Positions 30,305-39,290 of a stretch of 64,000 nucleotides of DNA are shown here, piece by piece (within the stretch, counting starts at the first letter, position 1; each line of letters begins with the position of its first letter). A model generated the notes under the pieces. The model saw only the letters and a program-made list of their open reading frames with translations. It made no database searches and was not told the origin of the DNA. Source of the DNA: an uncultured Candidatus Rokubacteria bacterium (GTDB lineage Bacteria; Methylomirabilota; Methylomirabilia; Rokubacteriales; DASRDR01); NCBI GenBank assembly GCA_963708025.1, contig CAVPSB010000014.1:96001-160000 (forward strand), written 5' to 3'. The translations under genes were made by a program, and so were the position numbers.

Positions 30305-31608
30305 TCAGCCGCGGGCGGCGCGGCGGGCGGCGACGTCGACGGCTTCCAGCGCCCGCTCGACGTCGGCCATGGTGTGCGTCGCCGAGATGCCGTGGTGCCA
30401 CTGGAAGTGGAAGTAGGCGCCTTCCTCGACGACGGCGGCGTAGAAGCGGCGTGCCATCTCCCGGTCGTGGCGGGCGGCCTGGCGGTACGTCGTCGGCTCC
30501 GCCTCGAGCCCGAAGAGCAGGCTGAAGCGGGCGCCGAGGGCCTGGACCCAGACCGGAAGGCCGGCGCGCTTGAAGGCGTCGCGGAGGCCGGCGTAGAGGG
30601 CGGTGTCGAGCTGCTCGAGGCTCGCCCAGAAGTCCGGCCGGGCGATCTCGTCGAGGAACGCGTTGGCGGCCATGATCGGGATCAGGTGGGCGTTGAAGGT
30701 CCCGCTGTGGACCGCCCGGCCGCGCGGGGCGACCGCGTCCATCACCTCCCGCCGGCCGGCGAAGGCGCTGAGCACCGTGCCGCCGCCGAGCGCCTTGCCC
30801 AGGGTGCACATGTCGGGCGTGACGCCCGAGTAGCCCTGGATGCAGCTCGGCCCGGTGCGGAAGCCGGAGAGGATCTCGTCGAAGATCAGGACGATCCCGG
30901 CGTCGCGCGTGAGCTGGCGGGCCGCCTGCAGGTAGCCGGGGGCGGGCAGGATCGTCCCCGAGTTGTAGTTGACCGGCTCCATGATGACGGCGGCGATCTC
31001 GCTGCCGTGGCGGGCGATGGCGCGCTCGAGCGCCCCGGCGTCGTTCCAGGGGAGCACGATGACGAACGCTGGCGCAGCTCGGGCGGGATGCCGCCGCTCT
31101 CGGGGACCGCCGCCGGCGCGTCCTCGGGGCCGGCCTGGTCGAGCGGCGGCCACGAGCTGTAGCCCAGGTAGTCGTGGTAGCCGTGGAAGTGCCCCTCGAA
31201 CTTCACGACCTTCGACCGGCCGGTGTACGCGCGCGCCGTCCGGATCGCGTGCCACGTCGTCTCGGTGCCGGAGCTGGTGAAGCGGACCAGCTCGGCGCAC
31301 GGGATGATCGCGCTCAGCTTGCGGGCGACCTCTCCCTGGTACGGCGTCTCGTGGGCGCAGACGATCCCCAGGTCGAGGGCCTGCTGGACGGCCCGGCGCA
31401 CCGCCGGGTGGCCGTGGCCGAGGAGCGAGGCGCCGGACCCCGTGTGGAGGTCGACGTAGGCCTTGCCGTCCACGTCGTAGAGCCGCCCGCCTTCGCCCCG
31501 GGCGACCATGAGCGGCCGCCCCAGGGCCGCGTGCACGCGCGCCGCCGCCGACACGCCGCCGGCGAGGTGGCGCTGCGCTTCCTGGTAGAGCCGATCGGTC
31601 TCGCTCAT
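30305..31608 (-). CDS. Class III aminotransferase (glutamate-1-semialdehyde aminomutase-like), frameshift near 31070
   Basis: SSGTE, KFEGHFHG, LIFDEILSGFR, TLGKALGGG, HSGTFN. Confidence 0.88.
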
Positions 31609-32186
31609 GACCTGGGTCCCTTTCTGGACACCTGCCGGTATCGGAAGCAATCCACGGTGTGGTCGTTGACCATGCCGACCGCCTGCATGTGAGCGTAGCA
31701 GATCGTCGAGCCGACGAACGTGAAGCCCCGCTGCTTGAGCGCCTTGCTCAGCGCGTCGGACTCCGGCGACCGGGGCGGCACCTGCCCCATGCGCGTCCAG
31801 GCATTCCGCTTCGGGCGGCCGCCGACGAACTGCCAGACGAAGCGGTCGAAGCTGCCGAACTCCTGCTGGACCGCCAGGAACGCCTTGGCGTTCCGGATGG
31901 CCCCCTCGATCTTCAGCCGGTTGCGGACGATGCCGGCGTCGCCGAGGAGCCGCCGCACGTCGCGGGCGCCGAAGCGGGCGACCGCCGCCGGGTCGAAGCC
32001 GGCGAAGGCCTTCCGGTAGTTCTCGCGCTTGCGGAGGATGGTGATCCAGGAGAGCCCGGCCTGGGCGCCCTCCAGGATCAGGAACTCGAACTGCACCCGA
32101 TCGTCGTGGACGGGGAGGCCCCACTCGCGGTCGTGATAGGCGACCGAGAGGGGATCCTCCCCGACCCACTGGCAGCGCGCCGTCAC
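31605..32186 (-). CDS. tag: DNA-3-methyladenine glycosylase I
   Basis: RCQW..YHDREWG, LEGAQAGLSWITIL, IVRNRLKI, GMVNDHTVDC. Confidence 0.95.
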   Translation of the reverse strand: MTARCQWVGEDPLSVAYHDREWGLPVHDDRVQFEFLILEGAQAGLSWITILRKRENYRKAFAGFDPAAVARFGARDVRRLLGDAGIVRNRLKIEGAIRNAKAFLAVQQEFGSFDRFVWQFVGGRPKRNAWTRMGQVPPRSPESDALSKALKQRGFTFVGSTICYAHMQAVGMVNDHTVDCFRYRQVSRKGPRS

Positions 32187-33710
32187 TTCTCCAGGCTCAC
32201 CTGCTCCAGCACGGCCATGTCGTCCACCGTGAAGGCGAAGTCCTGGACGTGCTTGGCCAGGCCGAACACGCTCTGGCGGTAGGCGATGCTGATCACCCAG
32301 GCCTCGTCCAGGATCGCGGCGTTCAGCTTCGCGAACGCCGCCTTCTGCCTGGCGGGGTCGACCGTGCCGGCTCGCCTCGGCGACGGCGTCCGCATACGCC
32401 TTGGGGGTATTGTTGCCCCAGACCGGGTTGTTGGCGATGCGGTAGATGCTGTTGAGCGAGACGCGGGACGGGTACTTCTGGGTGTTGCCGGAGAACGACA
32501 TGGCGAGCTGGAAGTCGCCGCCCAGCACGCGCTTGTAGTACTGGGTCGAGTCCAGGATCACCAGCTCCATCTCGAAGCCGATCTTGGCCAGGTCCGCCTT
32601 GATGATCTGGGCGATCGCCGGCAGCTCGGGGAACTGCGGGAGCGCGAGACACTCCGCCTTGCCGCCCTTGATCCCGGCCTTGTCGAAGAGCTCCTTGGCC
32701 TTCTTGAGGTCGAAGGCGTACTTGGTGAGGGCGGAGGCGGTCGTAGGCGGCCGACGCCCGGCTGAAGGGGAGCACCGCCGGCTGGCTCACGCCGAAGAGC
32801 ACGTTCTCCACCACGCCGTTCCGGTCCATCGCGTAGAGGAGCGCCTGGCGGGCCTCCTTCTTGTCGAACGGCGGCTTGGCGCCGTTCGACGCGCAGCTCG
32901 TAGGTCAGGGCACCGGGGTGGCCGCGGACCAGGTTGAACTCCTTGGCGAGCCGGGCGACGTCCTTGGGCGGCAGCGAGACGACCAGGTCGCAGATGCCCG
33001 ACTGGAGGGCGGCGACCATGGCGTCGGAGTCGCCGAAGACCTTGAACACCACCCGGTCCACCCACGGGGCCGGCGCCCCCCAGTAGGTCGGGTTGCGCTC
33101 GAGCGTGGTGTGATCGCCCGGGACCCACTCGACGAACTTGAAGGGGCCGGTGCCCGACCCCCGGTTCTTCAGGGAGTCCATCGGCGGACGGCTCGATGAT
33201 CGCCATCGCCTGGAGGAGGTCGGTGATCTCCGGCGACACCTTCTTGAACCTGATGACCACGGTGCCGGCGTCGGGCGCCGTCACGCCCTCGACGTTGGCC
33301 ACCGCCGGCAGCATGTTCCAGCCCCGGTCCTTGTCGGCCGCCTTCTCGAAGTTCTTCACGACGTCGGCGCCGGTCAGATCCTTCCCGCTGTGGAACTTGA
33401 CGCCCTTGCGGAGGGTCAGCGTCACCGACTGGCCGTCGGGGGCGATGACCCAGCGCTCGGCCAGTCCCGGCAGCGGCTTGAGGCTCTGGTCGTAGCGGAT
33501 GAGCGTGTCGTAGAGGTTCTGCTGGAGCGTGAAGTTGGCGAAGGAGAGGTCGTGGGGATCGAAGGTGTTCCAGTCGTTCGGCATGCCGACGGTCAGGGTG
33601 CCGCCCTTCTTCTTGGCGGCCGCCCGGCGGGCGGTGAAGAGGCCGGGGCCGAGGACGGCGCCGGCGCCGAGGCCGGCGAGGACGGCGCGACGGGACAGGG
33701 GACGGGTCAT
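32183..33710 (-). CDS. Tat-exported family 5 solute-binding protein, about four frameshifts
   Basis: SRRAVL signal; GVKFHSG, GTGPFKF; pieces in ORFs 32787, 32558, 32323 and 32183. Confidence 0.8.
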
Positions 33711-33725
33711 GGCAGTCTCCTTTGC

Positions 33726-34670
33726 TCAGGAGTAGCGGATCCGCGGGTCGAGGAACGCGTAGGCGAGGTCGGTCAGCAGGTTGATGACGACGAAGGCGGA
33801 GACGACGAAGAGGATCGTCCCCTGGACCACGGTGTAGTCGCGGGTCAGGATCGCCTGGAGCAGCATCCGCCCCAGGCCGGGGTAGTCGAAGATCGCTTCG
33901 GTGATGACGGCGCCGCCCATGAAGGCGCCGAACTGGAGCCCGAGCACGGTCACCACCGGGATCAGGGCGTTCTTGAGCGCGTGGACGCCGACCACGCCGG
34001 GCTCGCCGACCCCCTTGGCCCGGGCGGTGCGGACGTAGTCCTGGCCGAGCGACTCCAGGAGCGCCGCCCGGGTGAAGCGGGCCAGGACCGCCGACACGTA
34101 GGCGCCGAGCGTCACGGCGGGAAGGACGAGGAAGCGGAGGGCCCGGAGGGGCTCCTGCCAGATCGGGACGAAGCCGGAGGTCGGCAGCCAGCGGAGGTAG
34201 AGGCCGAACAGCAGGACGAGCAGGATCCCCAGCCAGAAGGTCGGCACGGCCATGGCGAGAGCATTGTAGCCGGCCGCCACCCGTCCGATCCAGGAGCGGG
34301 GTCGGACCGCCGAGAGGATGCCGAGCGGGGCCGCGATGAGGAGCGCCACCACGAGCGAGGCGACGGTGAGCTGGAGGGTCACCGGGACCCGCTGGGCCAG
34401 CATGGTGCGGACGGGGAGGCCGTTCAGATACGAGACGCCGAGGTCGCCCTCCAGGACCCGGCCCAGCCAGAGCGCGTACTGGACCGGCCAGGGCCGGTCC
34501 AGGCCCATCTGCGCGCGGGCGCGCTGGAGCTGCTCCGGGGTCACATCCGGGCCGAGGAGCGCCACCGCGGGATCCCCGGGGATCAAGTAGATCAGCAGCC
34601 AGACCGCGATCGACGTGAGCAGGAGGACGGGGAGCAGGTGGACCAGCCGGACTAGGGCATAACGCAGCAT
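33726..34670 (-). CDS. ABC permease, DppB type
   Basis: GLDRPWPVQY, DYVRTARAKG, DPRIRY. Confidence 0.9.
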   Translation of the reverse strand: MLRYALVRLVHLLPVLLLTSIAVWLLIYLIPGDPAVALLGPDVTPEQLQRARAQMGLDRPWPVQYALWLGRVLEGDLGVSYLNGLPVRTMLAQRVPVTLQLTVASLVVALLIAAPLGILSAVRPRSWIGRVAAGYNALAMAVPTFWLGILLVLLFGLYLRWLPTSGFVPIWQEPLRALRFLVLPAVTLGAYVSAVLARFTRAALLESLGQDYVRTARAKGVGEPGVVGVHALKNALIPVVTVLGLQFGAFMGGAVITEAIFDYPGLGRMLLQAILTRDYTVVQGTILFVVSAFVVINLLTDLAYAFLDPRIRYS

Positions 34671-35617
34671 CAGGCCGAGCCTCGCGCGCCGGCCGCTGGC
34701 CGGGCGCCGCCGAGCGCGCCGCCGGCGAAGGCCCGCTGGAGCCCGTCGGCCAGCCCGTTCAGCGAGAGCACGGCCAGCGTGATCATGACCCCGGGAAAGA
34801 GGCCGTACCACGGCGCCTGGTAGAGAAAGGAGCGCCCGGTGTTCAGCATCGAGCCCCAGCTCGGCTCCGGCGGCCGGGAGGAGAGGCCGAGGAAGGACAG
34901 CGCCGCTTCGAGCAGGATGGCGTAGGCGGCGGCGACGGTGGCCTGCACCAGGAGGGGCGAGGCGGCGTTGGGCAGGATCGTCCGGAACATGAGGTAGCCC
35001 GGTCCCCCGCCCATGGCGCGGGCGGCGACGACGAACTCCCGCTCCTTGAGCGCCAGCGTGCTCGCCCGCGCGATGCGGGCGAAGGCCGGGATGCTGACCA
35101 CCGCCACCGCCAGCACGGCGTTGAGGACGCCCGGCCCCAGCACCGCGATGATGGCCATGGCCAGGAGGATCGCCGGCACCGCCAGCAGGAAGTCGAGGAA
35201 CCGCATGATGACGGTGTCCGTCCAGCCGCCGGCGTAGCCGCCGAGGAGCCCGAGCGGGACGCCGACGAGGCCGGCGGCCAGGACCACCGCGGCCCCGGTC
35301 AGGAGTGAGACCCGGGCGCCGTGGACGGCGCGGCTCCAGATGTCCCGGCCGAACTCGTCGGTGCCGAAGAGGTGCCGGAGCGAGGGCGCCTCGAAGCGGC
35401 TCTGCCGGTCCTGGTCGAGGGGGTCGTAGCGGCCGACCACGGGCGCCGCCGCCGCCAGCACCGCCAGGACCCCGAGCACGATCAGCGCCGCCGCGGTGGC
35501 GGCCTCGCGCCGGAGCCAGCCGAGGAGGCGGCCCGACCCGGCCCGCCGCGCCGCGTCCGCGGACGGCGAGCGCTCCACCCGACCGGACGACCGCGAGAGC
35601 GCCACCGGCCCCGTCAC
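34670..35617 (-). CDS. ABC permease, DppC type
   Basis: FGTDEFGRDIWSR, EAALSFLGL. Confidence 0.88.
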   Translation of the reverse strand: MTGPVALSRSSGRVERSPSADAARRAGSGRLLGWLRREAATAAALIVLGVLAVLAAAAPVVGRYDPLDQDRQSRFEAPSLRHLFGTDEFGRDIWSRAVHGARVSLLTGAAVVLAAGLVGVPLGLLGGYAGGWTDTVIMRFLDFLLAVPAILLAMAIIAVLGPGVLNAVLAVAVVSIPAFARIARASTLALKEREFVVAARAMGGGPGYLMFRTILPNAASPLLVQATVAAAYAILLEAALSFLGLSSRPPEPSWGSMLNTGRSFLYQAPWYGLFPGVMITLAVLSLNGLADGLQRAFAGGALGGARPAAGARGSA

Positions 35618-35626
35618 CGTGCGGTC

Positions 35627-35655
35627 CTTATATCAACCGCCTCGGACTGCGTCAA
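35627..35655 (-). promoter_or_regulatory. sigma70-type promoter in a short intergenic gap
   Basis: Minus strand TTGACG-17-TATAAG with a TGn extension. Confidence 0.55.
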
Positions 35656-35669
35656 CGCGCCGTCCACGG

Positions 35670-36569
35670 TCACAGCCTGCGCAGGCGCGGGTCCAGCCGG
35701 TCGCGGATCCAGTCGCCCAGCAGGTTGATCGACAGCACGGTCAGCAGGATGGCGAGTCCGGGGAGCGTCGTGAGCCACCAGGCGCGGCCGATGTAGGCCC
35801 GCCCGTCAGCGAGCATCGAGCCCCAGGTCGGGATCGCGGGCTCCACCCCGAGACCCAGGAAGCTGAGGCTCGCCTCGGTGATGATGTTGGTGGCGATCGC
35901 GAAGGTGCCGACCACGATCACCGGGGTGAGGACGTTCGGCAGCAGGTGGCGCGGGATGATCACGTGGCTCGGCGCCCCCAGGGCGCGGGCCGCCACCACG
36001 AATTCCCGCTCCTTCAGGGCGAGCACCTCGCCGCGGACCAGGCGCGCGTAGTACATCCAGCCGGCGACTCCGAGGACGATGATCACGTTGCGGAGCCCGG
36101 CGCCGAGCACCGCCACCACCGTGATGGCGAGCAGGATGAACGGGAAGGCGAGCTGGATGTCCACCAGCCGCATGATCAGGGCGTCCAGCCGCCCGCCGTA
36201 GTAGCCGGCGAGGAGCCCGAGCGTGACGCCCAGCAGGCCGGAGATGACGACCGCGGTGATCCCGATCACCAGGGACACCCGGGAGCCGTAGATCAGCCGG
36301 CTCAGGATGTCGCGGCCGAGGTGGTCAGAGCCGAGCGGAAACGCCCACTGGCCCCCGGCGGTCCAGGCGGGTGGGAGCAGCCGCCGCTCGAGCACCTGCT
36401 CGCGCGGGTCGTGGGGGGCGATCCAGGGCGCCGTGAGCGCCGCCAGGCAGACGCTCGCCAGCACGAGCGCCGCGGCGATCGCGGCCGAGGGCCGACGGGC
36501 GATCCGTCGCTCCGCGGGCGGCGCGGCGACCCTCCCCGGGGCGCCCAGGGCCCGCGCCTCGGCGCTCAT
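35670..36569 (-). CDS. ABC permease, DppC type
   Basis: LGSDHLGRDILSR, EASLSFLGLG. Confidence 0.9.
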   Translation of the reverse strand: MSAEARALGAPGRVAAPPAERRIARRPSAAIAAALVLASVCLAALTAPWIAPHDPREQVLERRLLPPAWTAGGQWAFPLGSDHLGRDILSRLIYGSRVSLVIGITAVVISGLLGVTLGLLAGYYGGRLDALIMRLVDIQLAFPFILLAITVVAVLGAGLRNVIIVLGVAGWMYYARLVRGEVLALKEREFVVAARALGAPSHVIIPRHLLPNVLTPVIVVGTFAIATNIITEASLSFLGLGVEPAIPTWGSMLADGRAYIGRAWWLTTLPGLAILLTVLSINLLGDWIRDRLDPRLRRL

Positions 36570-37486
36570 GCCAGCCGCACGCGGGGATCCAGCCACGTGT
36601 ACAGGACGTCGACGGCGAAGTTGATCACCACGAAGGCGACCGCGATGACGAAGACATCGGCCTGGACCACCGGGAAGTCGCGGACGGCGATGGAGTCGAT
36701 CGCCAGCCGGCCGACCCCCGGCCAGGCGAAGACGGTCTCGGTGATCACCGCGCCGCCGAGGACGGTGCCGATGTCGAGGCCGATGATCGTGACGATCGGG
36801 ATGGCCGCGTTCTTGAGCGCGTGGCGGACGACGACGGCGCGCTCCCCGAGACCCTTGGCCCGCGCCGTCCGCACGTAATCCTGGTCGAGCACGTCGAGGA
36901 GCCCCGAGCGGACCAGGCGGGTCAGCCGGGCCATGAAGAAGCCGCCGAGTGTGATGGCCGGCAGGATGACGTGCCTGATGTCGCCCCGGCCCGACGAGGG
37001 CAGGAGCCCCAGGTTGACCGAGAAGACGAGGATCAGCATGAGGCCCAGCCAGAACGTCGGCATGGACTGGCCGAGCAGGGCGGTCAGCATCGCGGCGTTC
37101 TCCTGGAGCGAGGCGCGCCGCACCGCCGAGACGAGGCCGAGGATGAAGGCGAAGGGGATCGCCCAGGCCAGGGTCGCCGACGCCAGCTCGACGGTGGCCG
37201 GGAGGCGCTCGAGGACCACCGCCAGCGCCGGCTGGTCGCGGTAGCGCAGCGAGCTACCGAAGTCACCCCGGACCGCGCCGGCCAGGAAGCGCGCGAACTG
37301 GATCGGCAGGGGCCGGTCGAAGCCCATCTGCCGGCGGAGGCCATCGATGTCCTCGATCGTGGCCTCGGGCGGCAGCATGAGCCGGGCCGGGTCGCCGGTG
37401 AGCTGGAGGATCACGAAGACGAGGAGCAGCACCCCGAGGATGACGACGACCGACTCGACGAGGCGGGCAAGGATGTAGCGGGTCAC
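36566..37486 (-). CDS. ABC permease, DppB type
   Basis: DYVRTARAKG, ETVFAWPGVG. Confidence 0.9.
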   Translation of the reverse strand: MTRYILARLVESVVVILGVLLLVFVILQLTGDPARLMLPPEATIEDIDGLRRQMGFDRPLPIQFARFLAGAVRGDFGSSLRYRDQPALAVVLERLPATVELASATLAWAIPFAFILGLVSAVRRASLQENAAMLTALLGQSMPTFWLGLMLILVFSVNLGLLPSSGRGDIRHVILPAITLGGFFMARLTRLVRSGLLDVLDQDYVRTARAKGLGERAVVVRHALKNAAIPIVTIIGLDIGTVLGGAVITETVFAWPGVGRLAIDSIAVRDFPVVQADVFVIAVAFVVINFAVDVLYTWLDPRVRLA

Positions 37487-37501
37487 GATGACGAGGAGAC
37501 C

Positions 37502-37551
37502 CCCTCACCCCGACCCTCTCCCCCCACTGATGAAACAGTCGGGGGAGAGGG
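37502..37551. repeat. REP-like repeat, family A
   Basis: CCCTCACCCCGACCCTCTCCCCC-loop-GGGGGAGAGGG. Confidence 0.8.
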
Positions 37552-37574
37552 AGGATGGGGAAGGGCGAGCGGGG

Positions 37575-39134
37575 TCAGGCTTTGAGCGTCATCTCGTAGT
37601 GGCGGACCATCTCGTCGGAGCGGGGCTTCCACTCGACGCGGGTGCTCGCGCCGTAGATGTCCTCGAGGGCATGCATGAACAGGGCAGGGGCGTCATCGAT
37701 CATCAGCCGCTGGACCTTGCCGTAGATCTCGCGGCGCTTTCCCTCGTCGAGCACCGTGCGGCCTTCCTCCAGCAGGGCGTCGAGCGCCTCGTTCCCGTAG
37801 CCGGTCCAGTTCTTGGTGTAGCGCCCGCCGCTTCGGAAGAGCGGGAAGTAGGTGCCGTCGGCGTCCATCCAGGGATTGCCCCAGCTCGCGAAGATCAGGT
37901 CGTCGAGCTTCCCGGCGTCCGCCGCGTCCTGCCAGGCCCCCCACTCCCAGAACTTGAGGGTCACCTTGATGCCGACCTTGCCCAGCTCCCCGGCCAGGGC
38001 CTCGGCGATCTCCTTGTCCTTCGGGTAGCGGCCCTGGATCGCGTGCATGTTGAGGCTGATGCCGCCGGCGTAGCCGGCCTGGGCCAGCAGAGCCTTGGCC
38101 TTGTTCGGGTCGTAGGGATAGGGCGGGACCGTCGGGTCGAAGCCGAAGTGCCAGGGGTTGGAGATGACGGCCCGGCGGAAGCCGTGGCCGCCGAGGATTG
38201 CCTTGATGATGCCGTCCATGTTGGAAGCGTAGTTGACGGCCTGGCGGACCAGCTTGTTGCTGAGCGGCTCCTTGCGGACGTTGATGAAGTAGAACGGGAT
38301 CCGGTTCCCGGGCAGCGCGGTAGCCCGGGCCTTGCCGCTCTTGTTGACGCGGTCGATCTCGTCCGGGGGCACGGCCGTGATGATGTCCACGTCGCCGGCC
38401 AGGAGCGCGGCCAGCCGGGTGCCCGTCTCCGGGATGGTCCGCATGGTGACCCGCTGGATCGTGGCCTTCGAGCCCCAGTAGCCGGCGTTGACCTCCATGA
38501 CGAAGTCGGCGTCCTTCTGCCAGCTCACGAACTTGTAAGGGCCGGTGCCCACCGGCTTCCGGGCCAGCTCATCGGCCGAGGCCGTCCCGAAGTATTTCGG
38601 CGGCAGCATGTTCATGTGGAAGCTGGACATGCGGCGGGCCAGCATCGGGTCAGGCTTCTTGGTCACGACGTTGACGGTGTAGCGGTCGAGAATGTCCACC
38701 CGCTCGATGGTCTGGTAGGTGGTGCGGAGCGGCGCCTTGGTGTCGGGATTCAGCGTCCGCTCGACGGTGAACTTGACCGACTGGGCGTCGAAGTCCTCCC
38801 CGTTGTGGAACTTCACCCCCTGGCGGAGCTTGAACTGCATCGTGAGGTCGTTGAGCCGGGAGAACGACGTCGCCAGGAGCGGGTCGACCTTGGTCAGGTC
38901 GGCGCTGAGCGTCACCAGCGGCTCGAACATGTTCCGGAGCACGCTCTCGTGGACGCTGTTGTCGTGCTTGTGGGGGTCGAGGGTCAGTAGCGGGATGCCG
39001 TATGCGATCACCAGCTTCGACTCGCCGGCGGCGTGGAGGTCCCCGAGCCGTCCGGCGGCGACGGCGCCGGCGACGAGGCCGGCGGAGGTCCTCAGGAAGT
39101 CGCGGCGCGTGTGACGGTGAGCCTGCGTGGCCAT
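37575..39134 (-). CDS. Tat-exported family 5 solute-binding protein
   Basis: TRRDFLR signal; GVKFHNGE, PVGTGPYKF. Confidence 0.93.
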   Translation of the reverse strand: MATQAHRHTRRDFLRTSAGLVAGAVAAGRLGDLHAAGESKLVIAYGIPLLTLDPHKHDNSVHESVLRNMFEPLVTLSADLTKVDPLLATSFSRLNDLTMQFKLRQGVKFHNGEDFDAQSVKFTVERTLNPDTKAPLRTTYQTIERVDILDRYTVNVVTKKPDPMLARRMSSFHMNMLPPKYFGTASADELARKPVGTGPYKFVSWQKDADFVMEVNAGYWGSKATIQRVTMRTIPETGTRLAALLAGDVDIITAVPPDEIDRVNKSGKARATALPGNRIPFYFINVRKEPLSNKLVRQAVNYASNMDGIIKAILGGHGFRRAVISNPWHFGFDPTVPPYPYDPNKAKALLAQAGYAGGISLNMHAIQGRYPKDKEIAEALAGELGKVGIKVTLKFWEWGAWQDAADAGKLDDLIFASWGNPWMDADGTYFPLFRSGGRYTKNWTGYGNEALDALLEEGRTVLDEGKRREIYGKVQRLMIDDAPALFMHALEDIYGASTRVEWKPRSDEMVRHYEMTLKA

Positions 39135-39200
39135 GGCGTGCCTCCTTTCGGAGTGGACGGACGGTCGACACTGCAGCGGAGCCCGGACGCGGCTGGTGGC

Positions 39201-39253
39201 ATTCTACCCGAGCGCAGTCGGCCGTTGCAAAGGGCGGCCGGCGCGGGTAGTGT
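39201..39253. promoter_or_regulatory. Divergent promoter pair sharing a palindromic -35
   Basis: TTGCAA at 39225-39230; plus-strand TAGTGT 17 nt away; minus-strand TAGAAT 18 nt away. Confidence 0.55.
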
Positions 39254-39290
39254 CCTTCGAGCAGGGACGAATCCACGAGAGGGAGGACTC

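Noticed and set aside
30305-31608. hemL
   Set aside because: Divergent motifs and no tetrapyrrole genes nearby; left as a family-level call.
31605-32570. Binding protein-Tag fusion (321 aa ORF)
   Set aside because: Produced by a frameshift near 32370; the binding protein has its own stop at 32183 overlapping the tag start.
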